This document shows, one piece after another, positions 1 to 11,100 of a stretch of DNA of 64,000 nt. Positions within the stretch are counted from its first letter, which is position 1. Each line of letters begins with the position of its first letter. The stretch covers positions 2,294,001 through 2,358,000 of the forward strand of contig CATNEN010000014.1 of the NCBI GenBank assembly GCA_950097015.1, in the 5' to 3' direction. Made by a program: the position numbers and the translations under genes. Below the pieces are notes generated by a model. It worked only from the letters and a program-made list of their open reading frames with translations, was not told where the DNA came from and searched no databases. Source of the DNA: Macrostomum hystrix. Lineage: Eukaryota > Animalia > Platyhelminthes.

Positions 1-800
1 TTCAGCTCCTGTGCCACAGAGCTGAATGCCAGGGACACGAGAGGAGAGACTATCTTCATCCACTCTGACAGCCAAGCGGCCTTGCCATACCACCACGTGC
101 TCCCGGACAGTCGCTGACTGTGCCCGGCAACTCAACCTCCTGGCTCGTAGCAACACGGTCAGGCTGAGCTGGATCCCAGGGCATGCGGGCTTCCCAGGGA
201 ACACCCTAGCGGACACCCTTGCCAAGCGGGGTGGTTCTGACTCTCTCCTGGCCCTGCTCCCCTGGTCCCGATCCCCACCACGGTCATGAATCGCAAAATT
301 GATGACTGGGCTGAGTCCCTCCAACGGGTCAGATGGGCGGCACCCAGAACTGTCGGCAATCCCGTGCCGCAGTTCCGCGCCCGTCTCGCAGGCTAAGGAA
401 CATCCTTCTGAGCCACAACCGGAAGGATATCCGCGCCCTCGCCAGGCACTGCGGCGACCTTCCTCCGGGGCGACCTAGAGAGCGAACTTTGCTCATTTTG
501 CGAGTACGACCACGAAGATGCTGAACACTTTGTGTGTCACTGCCCTTTCTTTAACAGAGACCGGCTACGCTACCTCGGGCCCAACCCGTCTATGGACTAG
601 GTTTGCCAGCCCGACAGCGTTCCACGTCCAGTTCCTCTGGGCGACAAGACGAGCCACGTTCTTCCCTGCGCACGACGGACCGGCGGACCACCCTGACCGG
701 CCCCGCGCCATCGCCTGTCTGCGGGCCTACAGGGTTAGCGGTATGGGCGACCTCGCCTCCTCGCTGTGTCCATGGACCACCCTGCAGCTAAGTGAAGTAA
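1..800 (+). mobile_element. Decayed 3' end of a non-LTR retrotransposon ORF2 (RNase H domain plus C-terminal CCHC zinc knuckle), frameshifted
   Basis: Reads TIFIHSDSQAAL (~49-84) then, after a frameshift, VRLSWIPGHAGFPGNTLADTLAKRG (RNase H motifs). CSFCEYDHEDAEHFVCHC (CX2CX8HX4C) starts at 490, with a stop near 600. The pieces lie in different frames. Confidence 0.85.
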
Positions 801-2351
801 GTCAAGAGTCGTGACTTAATCTCGAGTCTTGCTGGGATTCCAATGATTCCAATGAGAGGGTCACGGCTAAATAACTAACTCTTGAACTAGTTATCTGTAC
901 ATATACTCGTATTTCAATGCTTTATTATTTGCTTCAACTGCTTTCTATACAAGAGCAGGTCACAAGGTCGCAAGGTCACAAGGTTGATTTCTCCATTCGG
1001 AATTCTCGTCTATTTATAGTGGTTTGTGGATTAAAGTATACAACAAATGAACTGAATATTAATTATTATATCGCACATTCAAACAAACATAGTATTATAA
1101 AATAGTATTGGCACGAATTGAACCCTCGGAACTTCGAAAAATACTTTATCGGAGACTACGATCCAAACATACTTACTACGGACGACCAAGACTTATTGCT
1201 GAGCGTTGGTGCTGAGCGTAACCCGTACGCATTCTGAGAGTTGCGATCGACCAGAAGTATACTCAACCAAACGAAGTTGTTCACATCAACAGTGAGGCCA
1301 ATCCTGAGCGATGTCACGTTCGCTTGTTGAGTTTTTATGCAGATCAGGCCTGGACAGAGTCAACAGATATTATCTTCTGCCTCTCAAGCAACCAACGGCG
1401 AAACAACGGTACTCGAATCGACCGGTTGGCAAGAATTTCCCACTCTGTCAAAGTTTGTCGCTGGAATGTGCACAAAATATCCGGCAACATGACTAATCAC
1501 TGCAGTCTACGAGCTACTTGTGCCCCTAGTCTCGGACAGGCCACAGAAGTCTGGTTAGGAGTCGCAAGCGGACCTCGGACAATTAAATCGCCAGCTCGTC
1601 GGCCGTCGTGGACACAAAAATCCTACGTGAGGCAGTGAAAGACTCTAGCAACTAACATCGTGTCTCCTTTCTGATTGGAACAGACCTAACTATTGTTAAG
1701 TATTCTTGTTATATAGCAAAGATAGCAACTTCCAACCCTGTGTTTTATATAAATGAACATCCTGAAAAGGGCCAGCGACTAAGTGGAGGGATTTTAGGAA
1801 TAGGCTAGCCGAATCGCACTTAATAAGTGTAGACGCTATCGATTTAAAAAATAGATTTATGGGGAAACCCGACTCAATTGGAAGCGCATGTCCGCTCTCT
1901 ATATTCCATCTCTCTGGCTTTCGGTAAGTGATTTTAAAGATCGATTTTTTATCGCACGTCGCATTTATTGGGTCATAAATATAAAGAAACTATAAATAGA
2001 AACGATTGTAAGTTGGTAAGCAGATATAGAGCCTATTTAATAATGTAGCTTTGCTTTGCTAACTCTACAGCAACAAATTTGCGATTCAAAAAATACCGAA
2101 AGTGTTACACATTTTTAGGCGTCGTCGATAATGTCTTTTGCTTATTTTCCCAAAGCATCAGCATTGCAGCAGCTGCTCATTGTGCATACGATTACAGCAC
2201 ATGTAAATGAAATCTGTTTACTTGTTGCTTCTATTTTTAGACTACATTCTGCTCCAGTGAATTGTAGCTAACGTTGCATAATTTCCACGGTCCTTGCCGT
2301 GTCAAAGTCATCAATAATTCATCGGGCCTGGTTGTCAGTCACAATGGCCAA

Positions 2352-3550
2352 TCAGATCTTCGGCGCGGCCGGCTTGAAGCTGGCCCCCAGCTGTCTGGCC
2401 TTGTACTCATACCAGCCCTCGCGGCCGTGAAACAGGTCTGAGTCGTACTCAACTTTCAATTCGCCGAACACGTCACGCAGCGCTTTGAGAATGCCGGCCT
2501 CGATGCGGCCCATCTGGTGCCGCGGTACGTAGCCGTCGCGGGAGCTGCGGCAGATTGTCACGGCCACTGGCGCCTTCGGCAGCCGGCGCAGCAGCTGCGT
2601 CATGCGCTCCATGCGAGCGTCGACGCCCTCACGAGTGTCCAGGAACTCCTGCACGACGGACTCGTTCGGCAGGTTGTGGCCGAGGCACAGCTTCACCACG
2701 GGCTCCGGTCCTGCGACGGTGGCCTTCTGAGAGCCGTCCTTCACCAGCGAGTCCAGCGGCTCCAGGTTGGTCCGCAATGACATCCCGAGGCACAGGCCGA
2801 TGCTCTGCAGCACGCGAACTTGGTCCGGACTGAGGCCTGACATCACAGCTGCCACCTTCTGTGTCAGCGGACGCAGTTGCATCCGGGGCAGCTGCGGACA
2901 AGCGACTTTGCGCAGGAGGGTCATGACGTTCCGGTCCTCAGCGACTCGCTCAGCAATGTCTGACGGGCTGCAGCCTTCATCGCCTCCTCCGGCGCCGCTA
3001 CACTTCTCGTGCGCTTTGGCCACAGCGTCAAGAAAGGTGACGAACCAGCGATCCGCATCCGCCTCGTGACTGGCAACTTTGGGGCAGAACAGGTGCTCCA
3101 GGCTTTGACGCATTCGGTTCGGCAGCTTCAGCGATATGCCGGAGCTCACCAGCTGACGACCTGTCAACTGCACGCCAAAGTAGTCTTCGTCGATGTCCAG
3201 CAGATAGTCGTTGGGACCACCTTCGTTGGTAACTAGACTTTTTATTGAATTATCCTCGGGTCTTTCCTTTGGCAGTTGAATTTTTCTTGTGAGGACAGCG
3301 GACACAATGTCCTTTGTGATTTTGTTCTCCGCAGTATTCACCTGCAAGAATGGGCCCTTGCGGAAATAACAGAACATTCTATCGATCCACATGCGTCCGC
3401 CAAGTTCATTGCGGGTTTCCGTGGAACAGGTGTCTGTGGTGTTTGTTATTGCTGACATTATCGGATGCCGGTCTTGCTCATACTCCGGGCAGCTGCAGGC
3501 CTGCAGGGTGCCGTTCACCTTGGTGACACCGGTGGTGGAGATATCTACAT
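2352..3550 (-). CDS. UPF0489-like gene, terminal exon 8
   Basis: Follows a 64-nt intron (3551-3614); long open frame with [12 protein letters not shown] and [13 protein letters not shown] motifs typical of UPF0489; stop at 2352. Confidence 0.85.
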
Positions 3551-3614
3551 CTGCGCAAAGATGGATAATTAGTTATGCGCTCGAAACTATGGATTTTAGA
3601 CACTCGCGATGTAC

Positions 3615-3686
3615 ATAAAAACTGATTGTCTCTGTCGACATTGACAGCCAACGCTTGGTTTCTGAAGTCATTTCTAACCCACCCCA
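3615..3686 (-). CDS. UPF0489-like gene, exon 7 (5' boundary uncertain)
   Basis: VGWVRNDFRNQALAVNVDRDNQFL; donor T|GTAC at 3614. The only frame-preserving acceptor found (GGGAG, 3687) is weak. Confidence 0.5.
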
Positions 3687-4029
3687 CTCCCGAAGTACTA
3701 AAGCATCAGAGATTTGCTGGCCCTTGCGCAAGTTCTATGGTAGTTTGTGCCCTAGTACCATAGCGCAACAAAATAGCACGTGAAGAAAGAGAGACGAGCA
3801 TCTAGCCAATCAGAGACGAGGAAAAGGAAAGAGAATTTAATGCTTGATAATAACTTAAACAGATAGAGGGAGAGAGAAGAAAGTACAATAGGAGCGTGCA
3901 ATGCGAGTACAATGCGAGCGTGAACAAACAACAGAGAGGAGGAAGTAATGACTCCAATGTCCCCGAAGCATCAGAGAACCAATGTGTCCCCAGCAGCAGC
4001 GAAGCAATGTACCCTGTAGAGAACCTGAC

Positions 4030-4102
4030 CTGTAAAATTGAACTCGGACCAGCTGGGGTAGATCCACAGACCGTTGGAGACCAGTCCTGCTACTTTGGAG
4101 CC
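4030..4102 (-). CDS. UPF0489-like gene, exon 6
   Basis: Acceptor TTGACAG; [24 protein letters not shown], comparable to the family AG...WxxPxW segment; donor G|GTCAG. Confidence 0.75.
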
Positions 4103-4170
4103 CTGTCAATGTAATGGTACGATTTTACCTTCGAATTTCTCGGTATCGTGGAGTCCATAGCAACGCTTAC

Positions 4171-4296
4171 CATCACGAAGTTATCGTTGGAAGTCATCAG
4201 AAACTTGATATGCTGCTCTTTGCTGACTTTGGCCTTGAACGGATATCTTCGATCAGGTAATATTGGTGCACCGTCTGAATGGCCGTCAATGTGCAC
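4171..4296 (-). CDS. UPF0489-like gene, exon 5 (HIDGHSD metal motif)
   Basis: Acceptor TTCCAG; [13 protein letters not shown]...SNDNFVM; donor ATG|GTAAG; phase 0-0. Confidence 0.85.
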
Positions 4297-4491
4297 CTGG
4301 AAATTCAGGTGGTAAAATTCATTGCTGCATGTGTTTCTGTATTGTAACCTATTTAATAAAATATGCTAGAAAGACTTGTAATGAGACTGTGTGCAAGTCA
4401 ACTCAGTGTGTACGACCTCTATAAGGACTCGAACCTTCGACGCGCGTTTAAGGAAGGAATCGCATTACAGCCCTATCAGTGAGCAACTTAC

Positions 4492-4565
4492 CAGCGAGAG
4501 TGGAGGCAGTCTGGTTCCGATTCGCTGTGACTCCTCTTTGTGTACTCTGAACCAGTAGGGCAGCA
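4492..4565 (-). CDS. UPF0489-like gene, exon 4
   Basis: Acceptor CCCGCAG; joins to give [30 protein letters not shown]; donor CTG|GTAAG. Confidence 0.85.
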
Positions 4566-4742
4566 CTGCGGGTGGAGCAAGGCATGCGAACAGATTATAT
4601 TCTCTTAAGAGGATCGGAAGATGAAACGAAAGGTACATGTAGCTGTGGCGGAAACAGACTGAAGACATCCCTTAATCTACTTTATCGAAATCTATTTACA
4701 TAAATTTATCAAAAGCCTCCACGTCAAATCAGTGGTCGTTTT

Positions 4743-5086
4743 TGGAATCGGAAGAGACCTCATGGAATCAGAAGAGACCTCAGGGAATCAGAAGAGACCA
4801 CATGGAATCAGAAGAGACCTCATGAAATCAGAAGAGACCACATGGAATCAGAAGAGACCACATGGAATCAGAAGAGACCTCATGGAATCAGAAGAGACCA
4901 CATGGAATCAGAAGAGACCTCATGGAATCAGAAGAGACCTCATGGAATCAGAAGAGACCTCATGGAATCAGAAGAGACCTCATGGAATCAGAAGAGACCT
5001 CATGGAATCAGAAGAGACCTCATGGAATCAGAAGAGACCACATGGAATCAGAAGAGACCTCATGGAATCAGAAGAGACCACATGAA
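4743..5086. repeat. 20-bp minisatellite (CATGGAATCAGAAGAGACCW), ~17 copies, in intron 3 of the UPF0489-like gene
   Basis: Directly visible tandem units. Confidence 0.95.
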
Positions 5087-5245
5087 GATAAACCAAATGG
5101 AAACAAAGCATTTACGCAATTTCAAAGATATCTTCAGAATCGAAAACTTTACGAAGTAATTTCGGCAATCACAGAAGGTATAGATTGAAAATTCTGATCG
5201 ATTCTTGTATTTACGAGCCCTGACTGATCTCACAGTTCAGCCCAC

Positions 5246-5413
5246 CTTCATGATGCTCTTCAACAACGAACACCTTCAACGGGCCGGTCCGGCTGGCAGC
5301 AGCGGCTGAGGCCTTCTTGTTGGAGTCACCGGAGCCGTCTGCTGCCGGTTTCAATTGCGGCTTCGGTTTCAAGTCTGTGGGAAGGAAATCGATGAGTGTT
5401 CCGATCAGCCCCA
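5246..5413 (-). CDS. UPF0489-like gene, exon 3 (ends in the VVEEHHE motif)
   Basis: Follows a 57-nt intron (5414-5470); ...GPLKVFVVEEHHE; donor G|GTGGG; matches the family N-terminal VVE(D/E)HxE motif. Confidence 0.85.
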
Positions 5414-5470
5414 CTAACTGCTAAAGGTGATCCAAACTTTTCTAATGATTTGATTTGCGCCAACGCTAAC

Positions 5471-5719
5471 CATGAACTGGCGCGGCTGGCTCCTCGGCTT
5501 CCACTCGGGCCGCCGGAATCCTCGGCTTCCTGGCCGGCCGCCGCTTGATGGGGCGTCTCTCAGCCTCCTCATCCTCGAGCTTGCGATCTTCAGCAGCGGG
5601 CAGCACCAGGGCGGGCCTCTCAAAGCGCGGCTGGAAGCGATCAGCTCCCGCCGGTTGCTTCGGTGGCACTGGGTGATCTTGGAGCTCGTCTTCGGGCTGG
5701 CGATGAAACTCGCGCTCTG
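5471..5719 (-). CDS. UPF0489-like gene, exon 2 (low-complexity stem)
   Basis: Tandem NAGNAG acceptor (5720 or 5717); reads (A)EREFHRQPEDELQDHPVPPKQ...PVH; donor G|GTTAG at 5470; phase 1-1. Confidence 0.7.
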
Positions 5720-5722
5720 CTG

Positions 5723-5847
5723 GCGGATGCGAACCAAATCAGCAGGTGAGGCGGATGTGAACCAAATCAGCCGGTGAGGTGGATGTGAACCAAATCAGCA
5801 GGTGAAGCGGATGTGAACCAAATCAGCAGGTGAAGCGGATGTGAACC
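5723..5847. repeat. 28-bp tandem repeat, ~4 copies, abutting the exon 2 acceptor
   Basis: GAACCAAATCAGCAGGTGAGGCGGATGT at 5731, 5759, 5787 and 5815. Confidence 0.9.
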
Positions 5848-5857
5848 TTGGTTGGCT

Positions 5858-5965
5858 GAGAAGGCTTGGTTGGCTTGTCGTGCAATTTTCACGCCCTTGA
5901 GGGCCAACCTTCAAGGCGCAGTGAGAATGTGCACTGCCTGACGATGAGAAAGTCAGGGCAGATTA
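5858..5965 (+). mobile_element. SINE family A, internal fragment
   Basis: GGCTTGTCGTGCAATT...GCCCTTGAGGGCCAACC...CACTGCCTGACGATGAGAAAGTCAGGGCAG is shared with the copies at 14.6, 32.6 and 53.4 kb. Confidence 0.85.
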
Positions 5966-6422
5966 CTAAATGTGCCAGAGCCCACAGCCCTACTGCAAAT
6001 ATTAGCACAATGAGCATAGCAAAAGTTGTCATTTTATTATCAAAACGGACCTTATGCAATGCACCACTATATACAAGTTGTACAACTGTATATTTGCCTC
6101 AATTTGTTTGGGGTAGGCTTTAGCCAGCACAATTGCCTATTTTTAGTACGAAAGCGTGTTTCCTGAGCACAAAGCTAAACGACTCAGCAGAGCAGGAGTA
6201 GCTGGGGTTTTTAGTGCTGAGCTCAGGGAGAGACAGTGAAAATCATAAACGCGCGCCACGTGCGGCCCCCTATTGTGATTGCTGGCAGTTGAGAGTTCAG
6301 TAAACAAAACGCGACGCGGCTTACAATGAAGTCGTAGTTTTACAATTGTCATAGTTTTGCTTTACTCACTGCTGTTTAGCAGGTAACAAAGCCAGCACGA
6401 TTTCTACACTGAACACTCTAAA

Positions 6423-6832
6423 TTCGATTCCCTCATGACAGCCAATTCCCTCATGACAGCCAATTCCCTCATGACAGCCAACTCCCTCATGACAGTCAAT
6501 TCCCTCCTGACAGCCAATTCCCTCATGACAGCCAATTCCCTCATGACAGCCAACTCCCTCATGACAGCCAACTCCCTCATGACAGTCAATTCCCTCCTGA
6601 CAGCCAATTCCCTCCTGACAGCCAATTCCCTCCTGACAGCCAATTCCCTCATGACAGCCAATTCCCTCATGACAGCCAACTCCCTCATGACAGTCAATTC
6701 CCTCCTGACAGCCAATTCCCTCATGACAGCCAATTCCCTCATGACAGCCAATTCCCTCATGACAGCCAATTCCCTCCTGACAGCCAATTCCCTCCTGACA
6801 GCCAATTCCCTCCTGACAGCCAATTCCCTCCT
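6423..6832. repeat. 18-bp minisatellite (CCCTCATGACAGCCAATT), ~22 copies, in intron 1
   Basis: Directly visible; explains the spurious ORFs at 6366-6911. Confidence 0.95.
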
Positions 6833-6923
6833 GAACTGGAGTGAGCCTATTCAGCTTGAAGCGAGCCAATCCCCCGAAGTCTTCACCTCTCTCAGACAGT
6901 CCTCTCGCTAGTGGGCTTCTTAC

Positions 6924-7236
6924 CTGCTACCAGGTGATCTGGATCCCTGCGTGGTGGCCGCGGTTGCGGAGGCTGCGGAGGCTGTGGCGGTGGCGGTGGC
7001 GGCGGCTGCCTCCGGGCTAGACGCATCGCCAAGCTGTCCTGGCCGCCACTTGGGCGGTCATCGCCCAGGTCGGTGTCTGGCAAGGCTCCCCGAGGGTGGC
7101 TGTCAGCGGGGCTCGGCCCGTGTCCTGGTGTCAGGTAATAGTAGTGAAAGGCCAGGTAGCCAATGCACAGGAGGTTGAATATGACCATCAGGCGGCACAG
7201 CATTGAGCCGTACTTGGTACAGCTGCGGCTAATCAT
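6924..7236 (-). CDS. UPF0489/C5orf22-like gene, coding exon 1 (signal anchor plus Pro-rich stem)
   Basis: ATG 7236; hydrophobic [24 protein letters not shown]; donor GCAG|GTAAG at 6923; 313 nt, phase 1, in frame with the next exon. Confidence 0.75.
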
Positions 7237-8151
7237 GGTCGATAGCTGAGGCTCTGACCCCTGTGTTAACTCGAATCAACTCAATAAAATTCCAGAGTAA
7301 AAAATGCTCACAACTTACCTTACTCACAGTGTTCTCAAATCTGCTTCGGTTTTAAATATGAGTCTGTGCTCAACGCCCACCTCAGCTCTGTAGTTCTGCT
7401 TCCTTTTGTCTCTGGGGTGAGGCCGGAGGCTCTGCCGAGTGTACAGTCTCATTCGACCCGACTTGGGTCCAGGGCTCTGTATAGTCTTTTGAAACTGCAG
7501 TCTCATTTCCTGGCCGGGTCTTGTCTAAAACCTGCCGCCTGGCCGCCGAGGGGACAGAATTGTCAGCCTCGAACTGGGCGGCTGCTGCGAGTACTGGCCC
7601 CGCCTCTTCATTAAAACCCGCGCCCTCTCCTCCATTTCAATTCAATTCTGCTGCACGAGCGCTGCCCTCCCGCACAGTTAGAAATTTTCAAATTATTTTT
7701 TAACAAGTTTATTTGAAAACCTATTTCCTGAGTTGGCAATATTGAAAAGCAGAAGATTAGAACAATGATTAGTTTCACTAACAAAACCCGCTCGATTTGT
7801 TATTCTCAAACCGTGACAAGATGCTTTCTAAGTCAGCTAATAAAAAGACACATAGTTTGATGCGTCTTACTCATAGTAGCAAAACAAGAATGCTTCAATC
7901 ATAATTGTTGATGGCTGAGCATTTTTCTGACTTTCTCTAAAATTTTCCAGCGATTGCAATTGTGAATTTTAACAACCTAGCACAGTAACTTTTGAGGCAG
8001 TTTATAAAGCATTGGAGTCAGTCAGTTTTGGTCGAATCAATCCATTTTATTCCATTCTTTTATCTTATATTCTTTGAAGTAGCACAAGCGACTTTCCTTT
8101 TCCGGCTTTTTTACAAAATTTCTATGGTCACGTTCTGATAAAGACATAAAC

Positions 8152-11100
8152 CCCTGAACTACGAAAGCCTGAACTCCTGAACTAACAAAGCCTGAACTCC
8201 TAAACTACAAAAGCTTGAACTCCTGAACTACACAAGCCTGAACCCCTGAACTACGAAAGCCTGAACTCCTGAACTAACAAAGCCTGAACTCCTAAACTAC
8301 AAAAGCTTGAACTCCTGAACTACCAAAGCCTGAACTCTTGAACTACAAAAGCCTGAACTCTTGAACTACAAAAGCCTGAACTCCTGAACTACACAAGCCT
8401 GAACTCCTGAACTACAAAAGCCTGAACTCCTGGACTTCAAAAACCTGAACTCCTGAACTACCATAGCCTGAACTCCTGGACTACAAAAGCCTGAACTCCT
8501 GAACTACGAAAGCCTGAACTCCTGAACTACCAAAGCCTGAACTCCTGAACTACCAAAGCCTGAACTCCTAAACTACAAAAGCTTGAACTCCTGAACTACC
8601 AAAGCCTGAACTCCTAAACTACAAAAGCTTGAACTCCTGAACTACCAAAGCCTGAACTCCTGAACTACGAAAGCCTGAACTCCTGAACTACCAAAGCCTG
8701 AACCCCTGAACTACCAAAGCCTGAACTCCTGAACTACCAAAGCCTGAACTCCTAAACTACAAAAGCTTGAACTCCTGAACTACCAAAGCCTGAACTCTTG
8801 AACTACAAAAGCCTGAACTCTTGAACTACAAAAGCCTGAACTCCTGAACTACACAAGCCTGAACTCCTGAACTACAAAAGCCTGAACTCCTGAACTACAA
8901 AAGCCTGAACTCCTGGACTTCAAAAACCTGAACTCCTGAACTACCATAGCCTGAACTCCTGGACTACAAAAGCCTGAACTCCTGAACTACGAAAGCCTGA
9001 ACTCCTGAACTACCAAAGCCTGAACTCCTGAACTACAAAAGCCTGAACTCCTAAACTACAAAAGCTTGAACTCCTGAACTACCAAAGCCTGAACTCCTAA
9101 ACTACAAAAGCTTGAACTCCTGAACTACCAAAGCCTGAACTCTTGAACTACAAAAGCCTGAACTCTTGAACTACAAAAGCCTGAACTCCTGAACTACACA
9201 AGCCTGAACTCCTGAACTACAAAAGCTTGAACTCCTGAACTACCAAAGCCTGAACTCCTAAACTACAAAAGCTTGAACTCCTGAACTACCAAAGCCTGAA
9301 CTCCTAAACTACAAAAGCTTGAACTCCTGAACTACCAAAGCCTGAACCCCTGAACTACGAAAGCCTGAACTCCTGAACTACCAAAGCCTGAACTCCTAAA
9401 CTACAAAAGCTTGAACTCCTGAACTACACAAGCCTGAACTCCTGAACTACAAAAGCCTGAACTCCTGAACTACAAAAGCCTGAACTCCTGGACTTCAAAA
9501 ACCTGAACTCCTGAACTACCATAGCCTGAACTCCTGGACTACAAAAGCCTGAACTCCTGAACTACCATAGCCTGAACTCCTGAACTACACAAGCCTGAAC
9601 TCCTGAACTACAAAAGCCTGAACTCCTGGACTTCAAAAACCTGAACTCCTGAACTACCATAGCCTGAACTCCTGGACTACAAAAGCCTGAACTCCTGAAC
9701 TACCATAGCCTGAACTCCTGGACTACAAAAGCCTGAACTCCTGAACTACAAAAGCCTGAACTCCTGAACTACAAAAGCCTGAACTCCTGAACTACAAAAG
9801 CTTGAACTCCTGGACTAAAAAAGCCTGAACTCCTGAACTACAAAAGCCTGAACTCCTGAACTACAAAAGCCTGAACTCCTGAACTACAAAAGCCTGAACT
9901 CCTGAACTACAAAAGCCTGAACTCCTGAACTACAAAAGCCTGAACTCCTGAACTACAAAAGCCTGAACTCCTGAACTACAAAAGCCTGAACTCCTGAACT
10001 ACAAAGCCTGAACTCCTGAACTACAAAAGCCTGAACTCCTGAACTACAAAAGCCTGAACTCCTGAACTACAAAAGCCTGAACTCCTGAACTACAAAAGCC
10101 TGAACTCCTGAACTACAAAAGCCTGAACTCCTGAACTACAAAAGCCTGAACTCCTGAACTACAAAAGCCTGAACTCCTGAACTACAAAAGCCTGAACTCC
10201 TGAACTACAAAAGCCTGAACTCCTGAACTACAAAAGCCTGAACTCCTGGACTTCAAAAACCTGAACTCCTGAACTACCATAGCCTGAACTCCTGGACTAC
10301 AAAAGCCTGAACTCCTGAACTACCATAGCCTGAACTCCTGAACTACACAAGCCTGAACTCCTGAACTACAAAAGCCTGAACTCTTGAACTACAAAAGCCT
10401 GAACTCCTGAACTACACAAGCCTGAACTCCTGAACTACAAAAGCCTGAACTCCTGAACTACAAAAGCCTGAACTCCTGGACTTCAAAAACCTGAACTCCT
10501 GAACTACCATAGCCTGAACTCCTGGACTACAAAAGCCTGAACTCCTGAACTACACAAGCCTGAACTCCTGAACTACAAAAGCCTGAACTCCTGGACTTCA
10601 AAAACCTGAACTCCTGAACTACCATAGCCTGAACTCCTGGACTACAAAAGCCTGAACTCCTGAACTACGAAAGCCTGAACTCCTGAACTACCAAAGCCTG
10701 AACTCCTGAACTACCAAAGCCTGAACTCCTAAACTACAAAAGCTTGAACTCCTGAACTACCAAAGCCTGAACTCCTAAACTACAAAAGCTTGAACTCCTG
10801 AACTACCAAAGCCTGAACTCCTGAACTACGAAAGCCTGAACTCCTGAACTACCAAAGCCTGAACCCCTGAACTACCAAAGCCTGAACTCCTGAACTACCA
10901 AAGCCTGAACTCCTAAACTACAAAAGCTTGAACTCCTGAACTACCAAAGCCTGAACTCTTGAACTACAAAAGCCTGAACTCTTGAACTACAAAAGCCTGA
11001 ACTCCTGAACTACACAAGCCTGAACTCCTGAACTACAAAAGCCTGAACTCCTGAACTACAAAAGCCTGAACTCCTGGACTTCAAAAACCTGAACTCCTGA

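Noticed and set aside
970-1000. AGGTCA-type direct repeats as a nuclear-receptor response element
   Set aside because: Short, and such motifs are common in invertebrate non-autonomous repeats; no linked promoter evidence.
1111-1230. KYFIGDYDPNI, reminiscent of the RERG/RASL switch I region
   Set aside because: No P-loop or DTAG motif in frame and a stop follows within ~25 codons; probably chance or decayed sequence.
1311-1638. Short plus-strand ORFs
   Set aside because: No recognisable domain or splice-consistent model.
4405-4500. Minus-strand B-box (GGTTCGAGTCC) as a tRNA gene
   Set aside because: No convincing A-box or cloverleaf; at most a decayed SINE head.
5925-5960. Hammerhead-ribozyme-like CTGAYGA...GAAA motif in SINE A, next to a GCAGTG/CACTGC hairpin
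   Set aside because: Only 3 nt separate CTGAYGA and GAAA (no stem II), no consistent NUH cleavage site, and the core is altered in the 53.4-kb copy; better explained as an ordinary hairpin.
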